A stretch of 64,000 bases of DNA from an uncultured Phycisphaerales bacterium (GCA_963772725.1 CAVYYI010000003.1:288001-352000), one strand, 5' to 3'. Positions 29,401 through 40,020 are shown, counted from the stretch's first letter. Program-made: numbers and translations. The notes: generated by a model not told the origin, from the sequence alone.

Positions 29401-30767
29401 TGTTGAATAAGGGACAAACGGCTCGTGCTGTGGCGAACAATGTTCTGAATGAATTTGACCGAGGAGGGGGATTTGTCAGCGGCATTTTGAATAAGTTTCT
29501 GCCGCGAACAAGCGAAAAGCAGCGGGCAACCGATTTGGTTTTGGGAACGATAAGGAATCGCGCGGCTATCGATATGGTAATCGCAAAATTCGCGGATTGT
29601 CCTATCGAGAGGATTTCGCGGAAGCTGTTAACCATAATCCGTATAGGGGCTTATGAGCTTATTTATTCACTACAGACGGGGCAGCACGCTATCGTCAACG
29701 AGGCGGTGAATAACGCGAAGATAATTGCTGGAGCGAAACAGGGGGGATTTGTTAACGCGATTTTAAGGCAGATAACGAGGCATATTAAAAATCGGGAAAT
29801 CGAATTATCGGATGAGAATCGGCAAAGAACTTTGCCGCAGAGTACTTCAAGCGGGTGTGAATTCGATACTGATATTCTGTCTGATTTTGAAAAAGCAAAG
29901 GCGGAGTATTTTAGTGAGGCTTTTTCGCTGCCGCGATGGTTAATTGAGGAGTGGCTGGGCGAATACGGGGCGGAAAAGATGCGGCAGATTTGTTTTGCGA
30001 GCAATCGCAGGCCATCGATATATATTCGGCCTAATAAACTGAGGATAACGCCGCCGGAGTTGATGGAGAAATTCAGCGATGCTGAAATTGAGTGCGGGAC
30101 GGCGGATGGTGAAATGATAAAACTGAAATCGCCGCATGCGGTCTCGGAACTTCCGGGATTTTGGGAAGGGCTTTTTTCGGTTCAGGATGTTACGGCGTCG
30201 CAGGCGGTAAGGACTTTGAAGCCTCGCGATGAGTGGAGGATTCTTGACCTTTGCGCTGCGCCGGGGACGAAAACATCGCAATTAGCGGAGATGAGCGGGG
30301 ACAGCGCGAGGATTTTCGCTACGGATGTTGACAGCACACGGCTTGAAAAAATCAAAGAGAATGTTGAGCGGCTCGGATTGAAAAGTGTCAGTGTGATTGC
30401 GTATAAGGATTTGGAAAAAATTGCCGCGACAGAACCGTTCGATTGTATTTTGCTGGATGTCCCCTGCTCGAATACTGGCGTACTATCTAAAAGGCCCGAG
30501 GTGCGAATGCGGATAACGCCGGGGGCTGTAGAGGAGTTGACGAAGATACAGAATCAGATTTTAGAAACGGCTGGTGCGATGCTAAAACCGCGGGGCGTGA
30601 TTTGCTATACGACGTGCAGCATACAACCCGCTGAAAACAGCACACTTATAAAACATTTCCTGTCGAGACATAGTAACTTCAAACTTGAGAGCGAGAGACT
30701 TATTCTGCCCTGCGCAGATGATTTCGACAACGACGGCGGGTATGTCGCACTGTTAGCGGCGAAATAA
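29397..30767 (+). CDS. rsmB: 16S rRNA m5C967 methyltransferase RsmB/Sun
   Basis: NusB-like N-domain (FVNAILR), DLCAAPGTKT, DVPCSNTG, YTTCSI; def-fmt-rsmB synteny. Confidence 0.92.
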   Translation: MMLNKGQTARAVANNVLNEFDRGGGFVSGILNKFLPRTSEKQRATDLVLGTIRNRAAIDMVIAKFADCPIERISRKLLTIIRIGAYELIYSLQTGQHAIVNEAVNNAKIIAGAKQGGFVNAILRQITRHIKNREIELSDENRQRTLPQSTSSGCEFDTDILSDFEKAKAEYFSEAFSLPRWLIEEWLGEYGAEKMRQICFASNRRPSIYIRPNKLRITPPELMEKFSDAEIECGTADGEMIKLKSPHAVSELPGFWEGLFSVQDVTASQAVRTLKPRDEWRILDLCAAPGTKTSQLAEMSGDSARIFATDVDSTRLEKIKENVERLGLKSVSVIAYKDLEKIAATEPFDCILLDVPCSNTGVLSKRPEVRMRITPGAVEELTKIQNQILETAGAMLKPRGVICYTTCSIQPAENSTLIKHFLSRHSNFKLESERLILPCADDFDNDGGYVALLAAK

Positions 30768-30808
30768 AAAAGCCTCATATCAGTATTGATAACGTGAAAT
30801 TGGAAACT

Positions 30809-30917
30809 CAATCCACAGCTTTTCCACAAAATGAAGTTACGCTGTGCAAAAGATGTGAAAAACAAATTTTTTTTGTACGTAACTCCATTGCAGAAAAGAA
30901 CCTTGGCAAGTGGAAAA
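30809..30917. promoter_or_regulatory. DnaA-box cluster upstream of dnaA
   Basis: TTWTNCACA matches: TTTTCCACA 30820-30828 (+), TGTGCAAAA 30843-30851 (-), TGTGAAAAA 30854-30862 (-); degenerate CAATCCACA 30809-30817 and AGTGGAAAA 30909-30917. Confidence 0.6.
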
Positions 30918-31007
30918 GAAAATTTCGAAAAAGGCCTTGATTTGTTTTTCCAAGGGCCAATAATACTGCTATTTACAATTTAATTTCTTCTATAAAGGAT
31001 TATAGAA

Positions 31008-32426
31008 ATGCAGAGCGTAATTGCGGAAGGAACCGGAGTCGTAAGCAGGATTCATGAAATCCTTGCTGAAAATATTGGAACGCAGAAGTATAAGATATGG
31101 TTTAAGGATTCGACGAGGCTGGCGCTTGCCGACGGGTATTTGAAGATAGGCGTGCCGAACAATTTCATCGGCAACTGGCTTGAGCGTCACTTTCTTAATG
31201 ACATAAGTCACGCTGTTCAGTCAGCGACCGGCAGTAATCATAAAGTAATATTCTCGGTTGACCCGGAGTTAGGGAGCAGTCAAAAACAGATATACGCAAG
31301 TCCCGCAGAGGGGACAGCACAGAAAACGCAGCATTCGGCTCAGGGGCAGCGAGGCGAGAGATTGCCGTATGGCGGCAAAAAATTAAAATTAAGCCTTGAT
31401 ACGTTTGTAGTGGGACAATCGAATGAGCTGGCTTATAACGCGGCAAAAATGGTCGCGAGGGAAAAACAGAGTCCTTTTAATCCGCTGTTTATCCACGGAG
31501 GGTACGGGGTCGGGAAAACTCATCTCATGCAAGGGATATGCAATGAGGTAGGCAAAAGCCGGCCCGGGACTAATTGGCTATATCTTTCAGCGGAGGATTT
31601 CGCCAATCAGTTCATACTGGCCTTGAAGACAAAAAAGCTGGAGGCTTTTCGTTATCGTATGCGACGAACGGATTTGTTAGCTATTGATGACATTCACTTC
31701 CTGGCCGGTAAACCGTCAACGCAGGAAGAGTTCCTGCACACGTTTAACTCGATTGATTTGGATGGCAAGCAGGTTGTGCTTGTCTCGGACGCTCATCCGA
31801 AAATGATAGAGCAGTTGTCGGATAAGCTGGTTAATCGATTTATCTCCGGTATGGTTGTCAAGATTGAGACGCCGGACTTTCAGACACGCTGCCGGATTTG
31901 TGAGCAGTTCGCCGCGTCGATGGGTAAGCATGTGCCGGAGAGCGTGATTAGATATATCGCGGAGCATTTGCGCTCTAATGTGCGCGAGCTGGAAGGGGCG
32001 TTGCTGAAGCTGATAGCGTTTTCATCGCTGCAAAATGACAAGGTGAATCTCGAAATGGCAAGAGAAGTTCTGGCAGAGCATCTGTCGCGGATGGACCCGA
32101 TGGTGCATATATCAGATATTGAGTCGGTTGTGTCGAAACACTTCGGGATAACGCCTGGCGATTTGCATTCGCCGCGAAAGGACAGGACTATAACTCTGGC
32201 CAGGCACTTCAGTATGTACCTGGCGAGGAAGCACACGAAAATGTCATCACCAGAAATCGGGCGATGTATGGGGGATAAGAACCACGCTACGGTTCTATTG
32301 GCGTGTAAAAAAATTGAGGAGCAGCTTGGGATAAACGCCGAACTGCACTGGCACAATCATCTCGGCAATAAAATTTCCAAGGCGATGGCGGTGCTGGCCT
32401 GCCTCGAAAAAGATATTACCGGCTGA
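31008..32426 (+). CDS. dnaA: Chromosomal replication initiator DnaA (not followed by dnaN)
   Basis: FVVGQSNELA, FNPLFIHGGYGVGKTHL, LAIDDIHF, QEEFLHTFN, NVRELEG, domain IV GDKNHATV. Confidence 0.95.
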   Translation: MQSVIAEGTGVVSRIHEILAENIGTQKYKIWFKDSTRLALADGYLKIGVPNNFIGNWLERHFLNDISHAVQSATGSNHKVIFSVDPELGSSQKQIYASPAEGTAQKTQHSAQGQRGERLPYGGKKLKLSLDTFVVGQSNELAYNAAKMVAREKQSPFNPLFIHGGYGVGKTHLMQGICNEVGKSRPGTNWLYLSAEDFANQFILALKTKKLEAFRYRMRRTDLLAIDDIHFLAGKPSTQEEFLHTFNSIDLDGKQVVLVSDAHPKMIEQLSDKLVNRFISGMVVKIETPDFQTRCRICEQFAASMGKHVPESVIRYIAEHLRSNVRELEGALLKLIAFSSLQNDKVNLEMAREVLAEHLSRMDPMVHISDIESVVSKHFGITPGDLHSPRKDRTITLARHFSMYLARKHTKMSSPEIGRCMGDKNHATVLLACKKIEEQLGINAELHWHNHLGNKISKAMAVLACLEKDITG

Positions 32427-32534
32427 GAAGCTGATAAAAATAGACAACCGGCTCCATGCACAAACAACGATAAGTTTAATAAATATAAGCACTTACGGAC
32501 TTTCTATATACAGATATACCGGGAGATGACATAC

Positions 32535-32646
32535 GTCAATAGCCTGACAAAAAAGTAAAAAATAGCTATTATGAAACTTTTTTGTTGACTAATATATGCT
32601 GCTTTGGTAAATTAAATTTATTATCCTTTTTTGTCAGGATAGTAAA
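32535..32646. repeat. Inverted repeat pair flanking a promoter (candidate invertible segment)
   Basis: CCTGACAAAAAAG 32543-32555 and its perfect reverse complement CTTTTTTGTCAGG 32626-32638. Confidence 0.8.
32585..32613 (+). promoter_or_regulatory. sigma70 promoter of the PEP-CTERM gene, inside the IR pair
   Basis: TTGACT-N17-TAAATT, with TG upstream of the -10. Confidence 0.65.
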
Positions 32647-32726
32647 AGTGAAGAAGAAGAGGGAAACAACCACAAGAGTGAGGGTCGTTTCTCTAATACA
32701 TTAACTTTTTTTAGAGGAGAAGAACC

Positions 32727-33485
32727 ATGGAAAAGAGAGTATTATTAACCGCATTTGTTTTAATGTTTATTGCCGCAACCGCAAATGCCAGCCTTATTTC
32801 TCAATATACATTTGAGGGTAACGCAAACGACAGCGCGGGCAGCAACGATGGTACGCTGATGAACGGCGCAAATATCGCTCCGGATGCCGGCGGCGGGCTT
32901 AAAGGGGCAAGCCAGGTTTTGAGTCTTGACGGCATCAATGACTATGTTGACCTTGGAAACAGCACTACCTTAAAACCGCAATTGCCAGTAACCCTTTCCA
33001 CATGGATTAAACTGTCTACTTTAGGAAATTATTACGATATTGTGGCACTCGATAACCTTTCAACTAATTATTATGGTGTTTGTATGCAAGTTACTAACAA
33101 TAATACAATAGTGGTAAATTACTGCGATGGTGGTGTACAAGATTTAACCAGTAGAAGAAGTAAACTTGGAACAACAACCCTGCAGGCAAATCAATGGTAT
33201 CATATTGCGGCAGTTATAAGCGGAGCACGAGACATAGCTATATACATCAACGGAGTATATGATGGAGGTACTTATAGCGGCACAGGCGGCGAATTGGCCT
33301 ATTCAAATGGAGATGCGTTTATAGGGAGCTTTGGTGAGTCGACAAGATATTTCAAAGGTCTTATTGACGATGTGCGTATATATGATAATGCGCTTTCACA
33401 GAGTGAAATTCAGGCTATGGTACCGGAACCGGCGACACTTTTACTTCTTGGTTTGGGCGGGATACTGCTGAGAAGGAAAAAATAG
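32727..33485 (+). CDS. LamG-like jelly-roll surface protein with PEP-CTERM sorting signal
   Basis: Signal peptide ANA; QWYHIAAV, IYING, FKGLIDDVRIYDNALS; C-terminal VPEPATLLLLGLGGILLRRKK. Confidence 0.92.
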   Translation: MEKRVLLTAFVLMFIAATANASLISQYTFEGNANDSAGSNDGTLMNGANIAPDAGGGLKGASQVLSLDGINDYVDLGNSTTLKPQLPVTLSTWIKLSTLGNYYDIVALDNLSTNYYGVCMQVTNNNTIVVNYCDGGVQDLTSRRSKLGTTTLQANQWYHIAAVISGARDIAIYINGVYDGGTYSGTGGELAYSNGDAFIGSFGESTRYFKGLIDDVRIYDNALSQSEIQAMVPEPATLLLLGLGGILLRRKK

Positions 33486-33494
33486 GATTGTATT

Positions 33495-35429
33495 TTATGG
33501 CTTTGCCCGGTTTTTGTTCAAATCGGGCAAAGCATTTTGCTGCGGTAAACTTACCAATTTATAATACCTGTTCGCGAACAGCACCGGCAAATCAACTGGA
33601 GTTACGCTGTATAGAACGGCGTAAGTAGCATTATACTTTTTCGCGAGGTAGAGCAGTTTTTCTTTTGTTATGGCCATATAGTTTCTGTCCATCTTCTCAA
33701 CCTTGGCTTCATACGAACCATCCATTGCGACATCGCCGTAACAATCGGTGATTCTACGCTTCCATTCGAGCATGGCATCATCCTGAAAAGAAGCTACTTT
33801 GAAATCCACAACAATCGCTCTTTGTGCTGTAAGTCGAAATCTTCCGAATTCAGGCGGTGTCAAAAAAACTGCGTCTTTAGGGGTTCTGTTAAAGGCATAT
33901 AAGGCAATTTCATCCGGTGCATAAACAGGATTGATACAAAAATTTACGCGGCTTATTTTTCGCCATATTTCAGGCACCTTGTCCCTATATATCGCGTTGG
34001 CGATAATACCTGAAAGGACGCACAAAACCGCCAAAGGCACAGCGATTCTGTACCATTTTGCCGGCAGGAAGAGAAACCATGCCGCGATTATGAGAAATAC
34101 CAAAATCGCGAGAAAATCATGTGTATTCCAGTACTTGACCGATAACAGAACCGCAACTATGATTAAAACCGCCGCCCAAATCGCCTTTGTATTTTTTGGG
34201 AAAACCGACTGCAGTTTTCTGCGGATAAATTCGGCAAAAGTAACAATAAAGGCAAACAGCGGCATGGCAAGGCCGCTTCCAAGAAGGATAACGCCACCAT
34301 AAATTTTTTCAGATACGGACTTTTGCTGAAAAAATCTCGCGGCAACTCCGGCTATCATTATATATGCTAACCAGTTGACCATAAAATTCAGGCGGAATGT
34401 CTGCGCTATCATCCATATACGCATAGGATAAACTTCAACAAAAATATAACTGCAGCACCAGAGAACCAAAACTATAAATATGACGATAAGCGGATTATAC
34501 GATATATTTCTGTTTTCAGGATATTCATCGCGCCACCATTTCCACGATAAAATAAAGGCAAGTATCAAAAATGTCGCGGATACATATTGAGAAACAGGCC
34601 AGGCGCTTGGGATATAGTGATGGGGCGCACGAAAATACCCGAGAATATCTATAAATTCCTTTGTTGTAAGAGACTTGCTGCTTTTATCTGTCCAAAGGAA
34701 TAACGCGGTAAAACCCAAAATACAAAAGCCGATAAATACCTTGACGATTTTTTTAATAAAGGTGTGCTTGTCAAAACTATGAGTAATCAGCGGCTCGAGA
34801 AGAATCGATAATCCGGAGGTGGCAAGGCCTATTGCGCCGCATTCAGCGCCAACAAGGGGGTGAATAGGAATCGCAACAGCCGCTACTGCAGCACAGAGAA
34901 GCGGTTTTACCCGGATGCCTGCCCATATCGCGAATAATCCTAAAAAGAAAACAAGGGAACCCGGAATTAACATATTCCACGGAATATTTCCCAGGCTGCC
35001 GCCCAATTTAATCCCGATTGAACCCATTACAAAAATGCAGCTAAGGAGAGCGGCAAGGTCAGAACTGCGGAATAAATCCTTGGCGGCATAATAAGTTACA
35101 AGAACAATTGCGAAATTTGCCAACCATGTAAGAATAAAAAATGCCACGGGCAACGGCATTATTGATGCCCAAATTCCAATAAAGCGAACATAATAGGCAC
35201 GGGGCCCAAAAGTTGTGTTAGAATTTATAAAAAAATCATTTTGGCAATATGAGGGGTCAAGATAATGATATAATATCGGAAGCTGCTCAAAGTGGTCGCT
35301 TACTCCGTAATAATATCCCCTGAAAAACAGGAAAAAAGTGGAGAGCAGGGCGGAAAAAATGAGAACTTCCACCAAACTAATGGAGTGAGATTGTTGAGGT
35401 AATGACAATTTTTTATGCGGCACAGACAT
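33495..35429 (-). CDS. Polytopic membrane protein (DUF6798-like, possible GT-C fold)
   Basis: Many TM helices; early DHFEQLP...DFF loop, FRAPHHY motif, soluble C-terminal TPKDAVFLTPP...FRLTAQRAIVVDFK; likely start MSVPHKK. Confidence 0.65.
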   Translation of the reverse strand: MSVPHKKLSLPQQSHSISLVEVLIFSALLSTFFLFFRGYYYGVSDHFEQLPILYHYLDPSYCQNDFFINSNTTFGPRAYYVRFIGIWASIMPLPVAFFILTWLANFAIVLVTYYAAKDLFRSSDLAALLSCIFVMGSIGIKLGGSLGNIPWNMLIPGSLVFFLGLFAIWAGIRVKPLLCAAVAAVAIPIHPLVGAECGAIGLATSGLSILLEPLITHSFDKHTFIKKIVKVFIGFCILGFTALFLWTDKSSKSLTTKEFIDILGYFRAPHHYIPSAWPVSQYVSATFLILAFILSWKWWRDEYPENRNISYNPLIVIFIVLVLWCCSYIFVEVYPMRIWMIAQTFRLNFMVNWLAYIMIAGVAARFFQQKSVSEKIYGGVILLGSGLAMPLFAFIVTFAEFIRRKLQSVFPKNTKAIWAAVLIIVAVLLSVKYWNTHDFLAILVFLIIAAWFLFLPAKWYRIAVPLAVLCVLSGIIANAIYRDKVPEIWRKISRVNFCINPVYAPDEIALYAFNRTPKDAVFLTPPEFGRFRLTAQRAIVVDFKVASFQDDAMLEWKRRITDCYGDVAMDGSYEAKVEKMDRNYMAITKEKLLYLAKKYNATYAVLYSVTPVDLPVLFANRYYKLVSLPQQNALPDLNKNRAKP

Positions 35430-35436
35430 TAGTAAA

Positions 35437-36342
35437 TTATTTCTTTTTATAACCGATTGCCGCGATGTTTCCGGCCGGCATCGGCATAAGCAGATAGCCA
35501 AGTTTAAGCTTTTTCAGGATGTTAATAGAGGGAAGCTTCATTTTTTTAGGCAATGGAAATACTTTAATCCAGTAATACAGAGGGTAGCGATTAACAAAAC
35601 TTTTTATATTTATGTCCGTAAAACCGGATTGCTCAAGTAACACTTTTAAGCTTTGGGGAGAAAACAACTGCAAATGCTCGATATCTATAATAGGAGATTT
35701 TAATCCCAGTATTCTGTTGGCCAAAGAACGATAATTATGACTGATAAAAAATACAGCACCCCCGTTTTTCAGTTTATCAAATACGGTCTGACACAATTTT
35801 AACGGGTCGTATAAATGCTCCAAGGTTTGAAAACAGGTAATTAAGCTGAATCGCGAGTTATTGAAATCGTCCGGATTAAAAACGCCTTGTTTTATCAACT
35901 GTCGTACTCCATCTTTGGCGGATTTAATTGATTCAACAGAAGGTTCTACACCTATAACATTAGTAAAGCCGGCGGAAATAAGGTTTTCCAAAAATATTCC
36001 GTCCCCTGTACCAATATCAACGGCCCCATCGAGGTCGGGAAGTTTTTTTATAATTCCCGGCAGAAACCGTTTATAGGTTTGACTGGCAAAATATGACTCT
36101 TCGCGACTCACAAATTCGGCTTCATTATATCTTTTAACTAATGTATCAGAAGAAGGAATTGGATTTGCATAAATCAGGTCGCATCTTTGGCATAAATATA
36201 AATTGTGACGCAAATATTCCGGAAGCTTTCTGGAAGCAAAAGAATATTCAGCAAAACTTTCTTTATTGTAATTGGCTTCAGCGAAAATCTTAGATGTTTC
36301 GACTGAATTACATAATGGACATGTTCTTTTAATGACTTCCAT
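35437..36342 (-). CDS. Class I SAM methyltransferase with N-terminal Zn-ribbon
   Basis: CPLC...CQRC; VDIGTGDG; FQTLEHLYDP. Confidence 0.85.
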   Translation of the reverse strand: MEVIKRTCPLCNSVETSKIFAEANYNKESFAEYSFASRKLPEYLRHNLYLCQRCDLIYANPIPSSDTLVKRYNEAEFVSREESYFASQTYKRFLPGIIKKLPDLDGAVDIGTGDGIFLENLISAGFTNVIGVEPSVESIKSAKDGVRQLIKQGVFNPDDFNNSRFSLITCFQTLEHLYDPLKLCQTVFDKLKNGGAVFFISHNYRSLANRILGLKSPIIDIEHLQLFSPQSLKVLLEQSGFTDINIKSFVNRYPLYYWIKVFPLPKKMKLPSINILKKLKLGYLLMPMPAGNIAAIGYKKK

Positions 36343-36359
36343 TAAAACCCCTCATAATG

Positions 36360-38323
36360 CTAATTATTGTCGATTGAAATATCGGATGATTGTCTGATTT
36401 CACCGTTCTTGATGATGGCTTTACGGATAAAAAGCGGACGCTGTTTTACTTCTTCAAATATTTTCGCTATGTATTCGCCCAGCAGCGCCAGCGCGAACAA
36501 ATTTATAGACCCGAAGAACAGGATGACAAGCAGGACGGTAGTTAATCCTTTGGGAGCCATTTCGGGATATAATATTTTGAAAATAATCTGATAAGCGGCT
36601 AAAAACACCGCAACTATCATAAAGGAACTGCCGAGAAAACTGAGAATATTCAGCGGAGTATTGCTGAAAGATAAAATGCCCTTTTTGGCCCAGCCTAAAT
36701 TTTTGAAAAAGTTGTTTGTGCTTTCTCCAAACATCCGTTTGGGCCTGACATAATCGACACCTGTTTGTTTAAACCCGACATAAGCGCGCAGGCCGCGGAG
36801 AAATAAATCCCGTTCGGGGCACTTTAAGAGGTACGAAACCACTTTTCTATCCATAAGCGAACAATCGCCGGCATCGTGTGGGATAGAAAGATATGAGAAA
36901 TAATCGAACAGCCGGTAGAAGAGTTTATAGGTAATGTTCATTACGAGAGAGGCCTCACGGTTTACACGCCTGCCATAAACAACATCGTAGCCCTGGCGCC
37001 ATTTAGGAAGAAATTCTTCGATTAATTCCGGTGGGTCCTGGAGGTCACCATCGAAAAGAACGCAGGCATTTTTTGTCGCGATTTCCATGCCGCTTTTGAA
37101 TGCGGCCTGCGACCCGAAATTTCTTGAATGCGATATGCCGATAACCCGCCTATCCTGCCGGCTTATATCCTGAATCACTGATTCGGAATTATCCGGACTG
37201 TTATCATTTACAAAAATAATTTCATAATCAATTGCGCATTTTTTAAAGACGTTCTTTAAACGTTCGTACATTATTGGAATAGCCTGAGCATCTTTGTAAC
37301 AGGCTATTACTGCGCTAATGCTGTATTTCTTGTCTAACTCAAACTTTTTAGACGATTTGTGGTAGGCCTCTTTGTCCTCCAGGCTGCGATACCATTCGCG
37401 GTCAGGTTTAGTCCTTCTCGAAAACCTGTATATGAACTCCATCCCAGTATTTCTTTCGCTTTTTTCACATTCGCAAACCAGTCCGGCACATCCCAAACGC
37501 GATTCTCCATAGAAAATTTCGGCTTGTCGGTTATATTAAATAACTCCCCTGCGATATCAGCCGCCTGGGCTATCGTAGTCTTTTCACCGGTTCCGATATT
37601 AAAGGATTCACCATAGTTTTCAGGAGTCAGATTGATGGCGGTATCGATAAAAGCCTTGCAAACATCCTCGATATATACAAAGTCCCTTGAAATAAGCTTA
37701 TCAACAAATTCAGGGAAAGTTCCATTAACGCCGTACCTGACGAGAGTCGGGATAAGTCTTGAGGAATCTTCCATAGGTCCGTAAACGGAATAAAGACGCA
37801 AATTTGCGCATGGGAATTTCTTTTTGCTGCCGTAATATTTTATCAAATTTGCGCAGGCAATTTTTGAAACAGAATAATCGCTGTTCGGTTTTTGCGGGTC
37901 GGATTCCTGCGGTGCCGTTGCGTTATCGCCATATTCGGACGAACTTCCCGCGTGCACATAACAGGCAATGCCGCGAGATTCCAAACATCGCAGCAACTTC
38001 GAGCAAAAGATAAAATTTGTTTCATAAATAAGCTGGGCGTCGGTTTCAAAGGAGTATGCCCCATAAGCGACACAGTCAAATACGACTTTAGGCTTAACTT
38101 TATCGATAAGATAGTGCAAATTGGAATCAACTAAAAGGTCAATTGCGATAACATTTTTTGCGGGTACATCTTTCAACCGCCACGCGGAAGCATCTCTGGC
38201 AGTTCCGAAAACATCATCTCGGTGTTTACAAATAATTTTCAGGAGATTTGCCCCAACAAAGCCGCTGGCTCCGAGAACAAGTATCGGCCCCTGAAGTTTA
38301 TTTATTTCCTGTTCAAAAGTCAT
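36360..38323 (-). CDS. Fused NAD-dependent epimerase/dehydratase + GtrB/ArnC-like GT2; frameshift near 37400
   Basis: N-half GASGFVG, YSVSK, LRLYSVYGP; junction GLNLTA|EWYRSL; C-half VNDNSPD, SRNFGSQAA, DGDLQDPPE, two C-terminal TM helices. Confidence 0.8.
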
Positions 38324-38326
38324 ATC

Positions 38327-39223
38327 TCATCCTTTAAGCTTGGCGATAATACTGGCAGTATCCAGTCCGCATTCTTTTCGGTGGAAATTCTGAGAACCGT
38401 ATAGGCCGGAAACATATCCTAATGCACATCGGTGCGTTACTTTGGGAGGAACAAGTCCCTCTAAAGATAAAAGATGTATAAGCATCTGCCCGGCACCGCC
38501 ATTTGCAACATGTTCCTCAACGATAAACAAATGCCCTGATCGCTTCAAATCGTTAACAAACTCTCTGGGAATAGTATTCGCCTCTATAGGCAATTCTGTT
38601 AAGCACCAGACTTGTGGACGAATTTTCTCATCGAGAGTTCTTAAATCCTTAATCATTCCTCCAATTAAAGGACCGACAACAAGCATTGTTGGGCCGGAAC
38701 CGTCAAGCAATCGTCGCCAGGGAGCATATTCAAAAGTTTCCGCGATTTCGCTTCTCCCTATACGTATATAAGCCGGATGCTGAAATTTATCGAGCTTCTC
38801 CACCATCGCTGGAATATCCGAGTCAAACGCCGGAACAAAAACATACATATTCTTGAGCGTAAGCATAATACCATAATCTTCCAACGCATGGTGAGTAGCG
38901 CCCATAACTCCATAAGCGTATCCTCCTCCATTTCCAACAAGTCTTACGGGAAGATCATGTATGCAAATATCATTTCTAATTTGCTCAAAAGGCCTGGCAT
39001 AAATAAATGGTGCAATACTATAAGCCCATGGTTTCATTCCTGCCATAGCCAAACCGGCTGCAACCGATACCATATTCTGCTCTGCAACTCCTGCGTTAAT
39101 AAATCTTGGGCCCAAACTTTGTTGTAACGGTTCCAACGCCATAAAGCCGAGGTCGCCAGTTAAAAACACAAAATCTTTGTCCTTGGTATATTTTAAAAGT
39201 GCATTGCAGAGAACTTTTCTCAT
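38327..39223 (-). CDS. Transketolase-like protein, C-terminal subunit
   Basis: LTGDLG, RFINAGVAEQNM, GATHHALED, VEEH. Confidence 0.9.
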   Translation of the reverse strand: MRKVLCNALLKYTKDKDFVFLTGDLGFMALEPLQQSLGPRFINAGVAEQNMVSVAAGLAMAGMKPWAYSIAPFIYARPFEQIRNDICIHDLPVRLVGNGGGYAYGVMGATHHALEDYGIMLTLKNMYVFVPAFDSDIPAMVEKLDKFQHPAYIRIGRSEIAETFEYAPWRRLLDGSGPTMLVVGPLIGGMIKDLRTLDEKIRPQVWCLTELPIEANTIPREFVNDLKRSGHLFIVEEHVANGGAGQMLIHLLSLEGLVPPKVTHRCALGYVSGLYGSQNFHRKECGLDTASIIAKLKG

Positions 39224-39993
39224 GATAAATCTATCTCTTTCAAAGCCTGTTGGTATTGTTCCTTAGTCATAGGTAAATAATGCCATTCCATTTTATTTTC
39301 CATAAAAGAAACTCCCCGGCCTTTTATGGTGCGTGCGATAACAGCACGCGGCCCTTTTTCATTTCGAGAAAAAACTTCAGCTATTTCTTTCAAGTCATGA
39401 CCATTTATCACTTCGGTCTTAATACCGAAAGATGAGAATTTTTCAGCCAGAGGCGCGATATCCGCAACTTCTTTAGTTGTTCCAAATCCCTGTAATTCAT
39501 TACAATCAATAATAAAAGTCAATTGTTCAAGCTTATTATGCTTGGCAAAAATCAGTGCTTCCCAGTTTGAACCTTCATTCCATTCCCCGTCGGACATTAA
39601 ACAAAAAACCTGTCCATTCTCAGCCTTAAGCTTTTTACCTAAGGCAAGGCCGGCAGACAACGGTAATCCATGTCCCAGGCTGCCGGTTGCAAAAACAATC
39701 TGGGGAATCCAGTTAGGCGGAATGTGTCCCGCGAGTTTCGTGCCTTCGCCGTGAAATTGTCGAAGGTCATCATCTGTTAAATGCCCCTTAGACCAAAGAG
39801 TAACATAAAGTGCCCCTGCAGCGTGTCCCTTGGATAGTATAAATACATCCTCTTTATTCAGCACTTTATGATACAGGGACATCAGCAAATCAAGCGATGA
39901 AAGGTTGCCTCCAATGTGACCGACGCCACTGTCAAAATGCATTTTAATAAGCCGTTTCTTGGCCGTACGGATACATTTTGCAAATTCTTCCAT
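39220..39993 (-). CDS. Transketolase-like protein, N-terminal (TPP-binding) subunit
   Basis: GHIGGNLS, LSKGHA, TGSLGHG, SDGEWNEG. Confidence 0.9.
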   Translation of the reverse strand: MEEFAKCIRTAKKRLIKMHFDSGVGHIGGNLSSLDLLMSLYHKVLNKEDVFILSKGHAAGALYVTLWSKGHLTDDDLRQFHGEGTKLAGHIPPNWIPQIVFATGSLGHGLPLSAGLALGKKLKAENGQVFCLMSDGEWNEGSNWEALIFAKHNKLEQLTFIIDCNELQGFGTTKEVADIAPLAEKFSSFGIKTEVINGHDLKEIAEVFSRNEKGPRAVIARTIKGRGVSFMENKMEWHYLPMTKEQYQQALKEIDLS

Positions 39994-40020
39994 AAAAATA
40001 CAACACCTTTCAATTCGACA

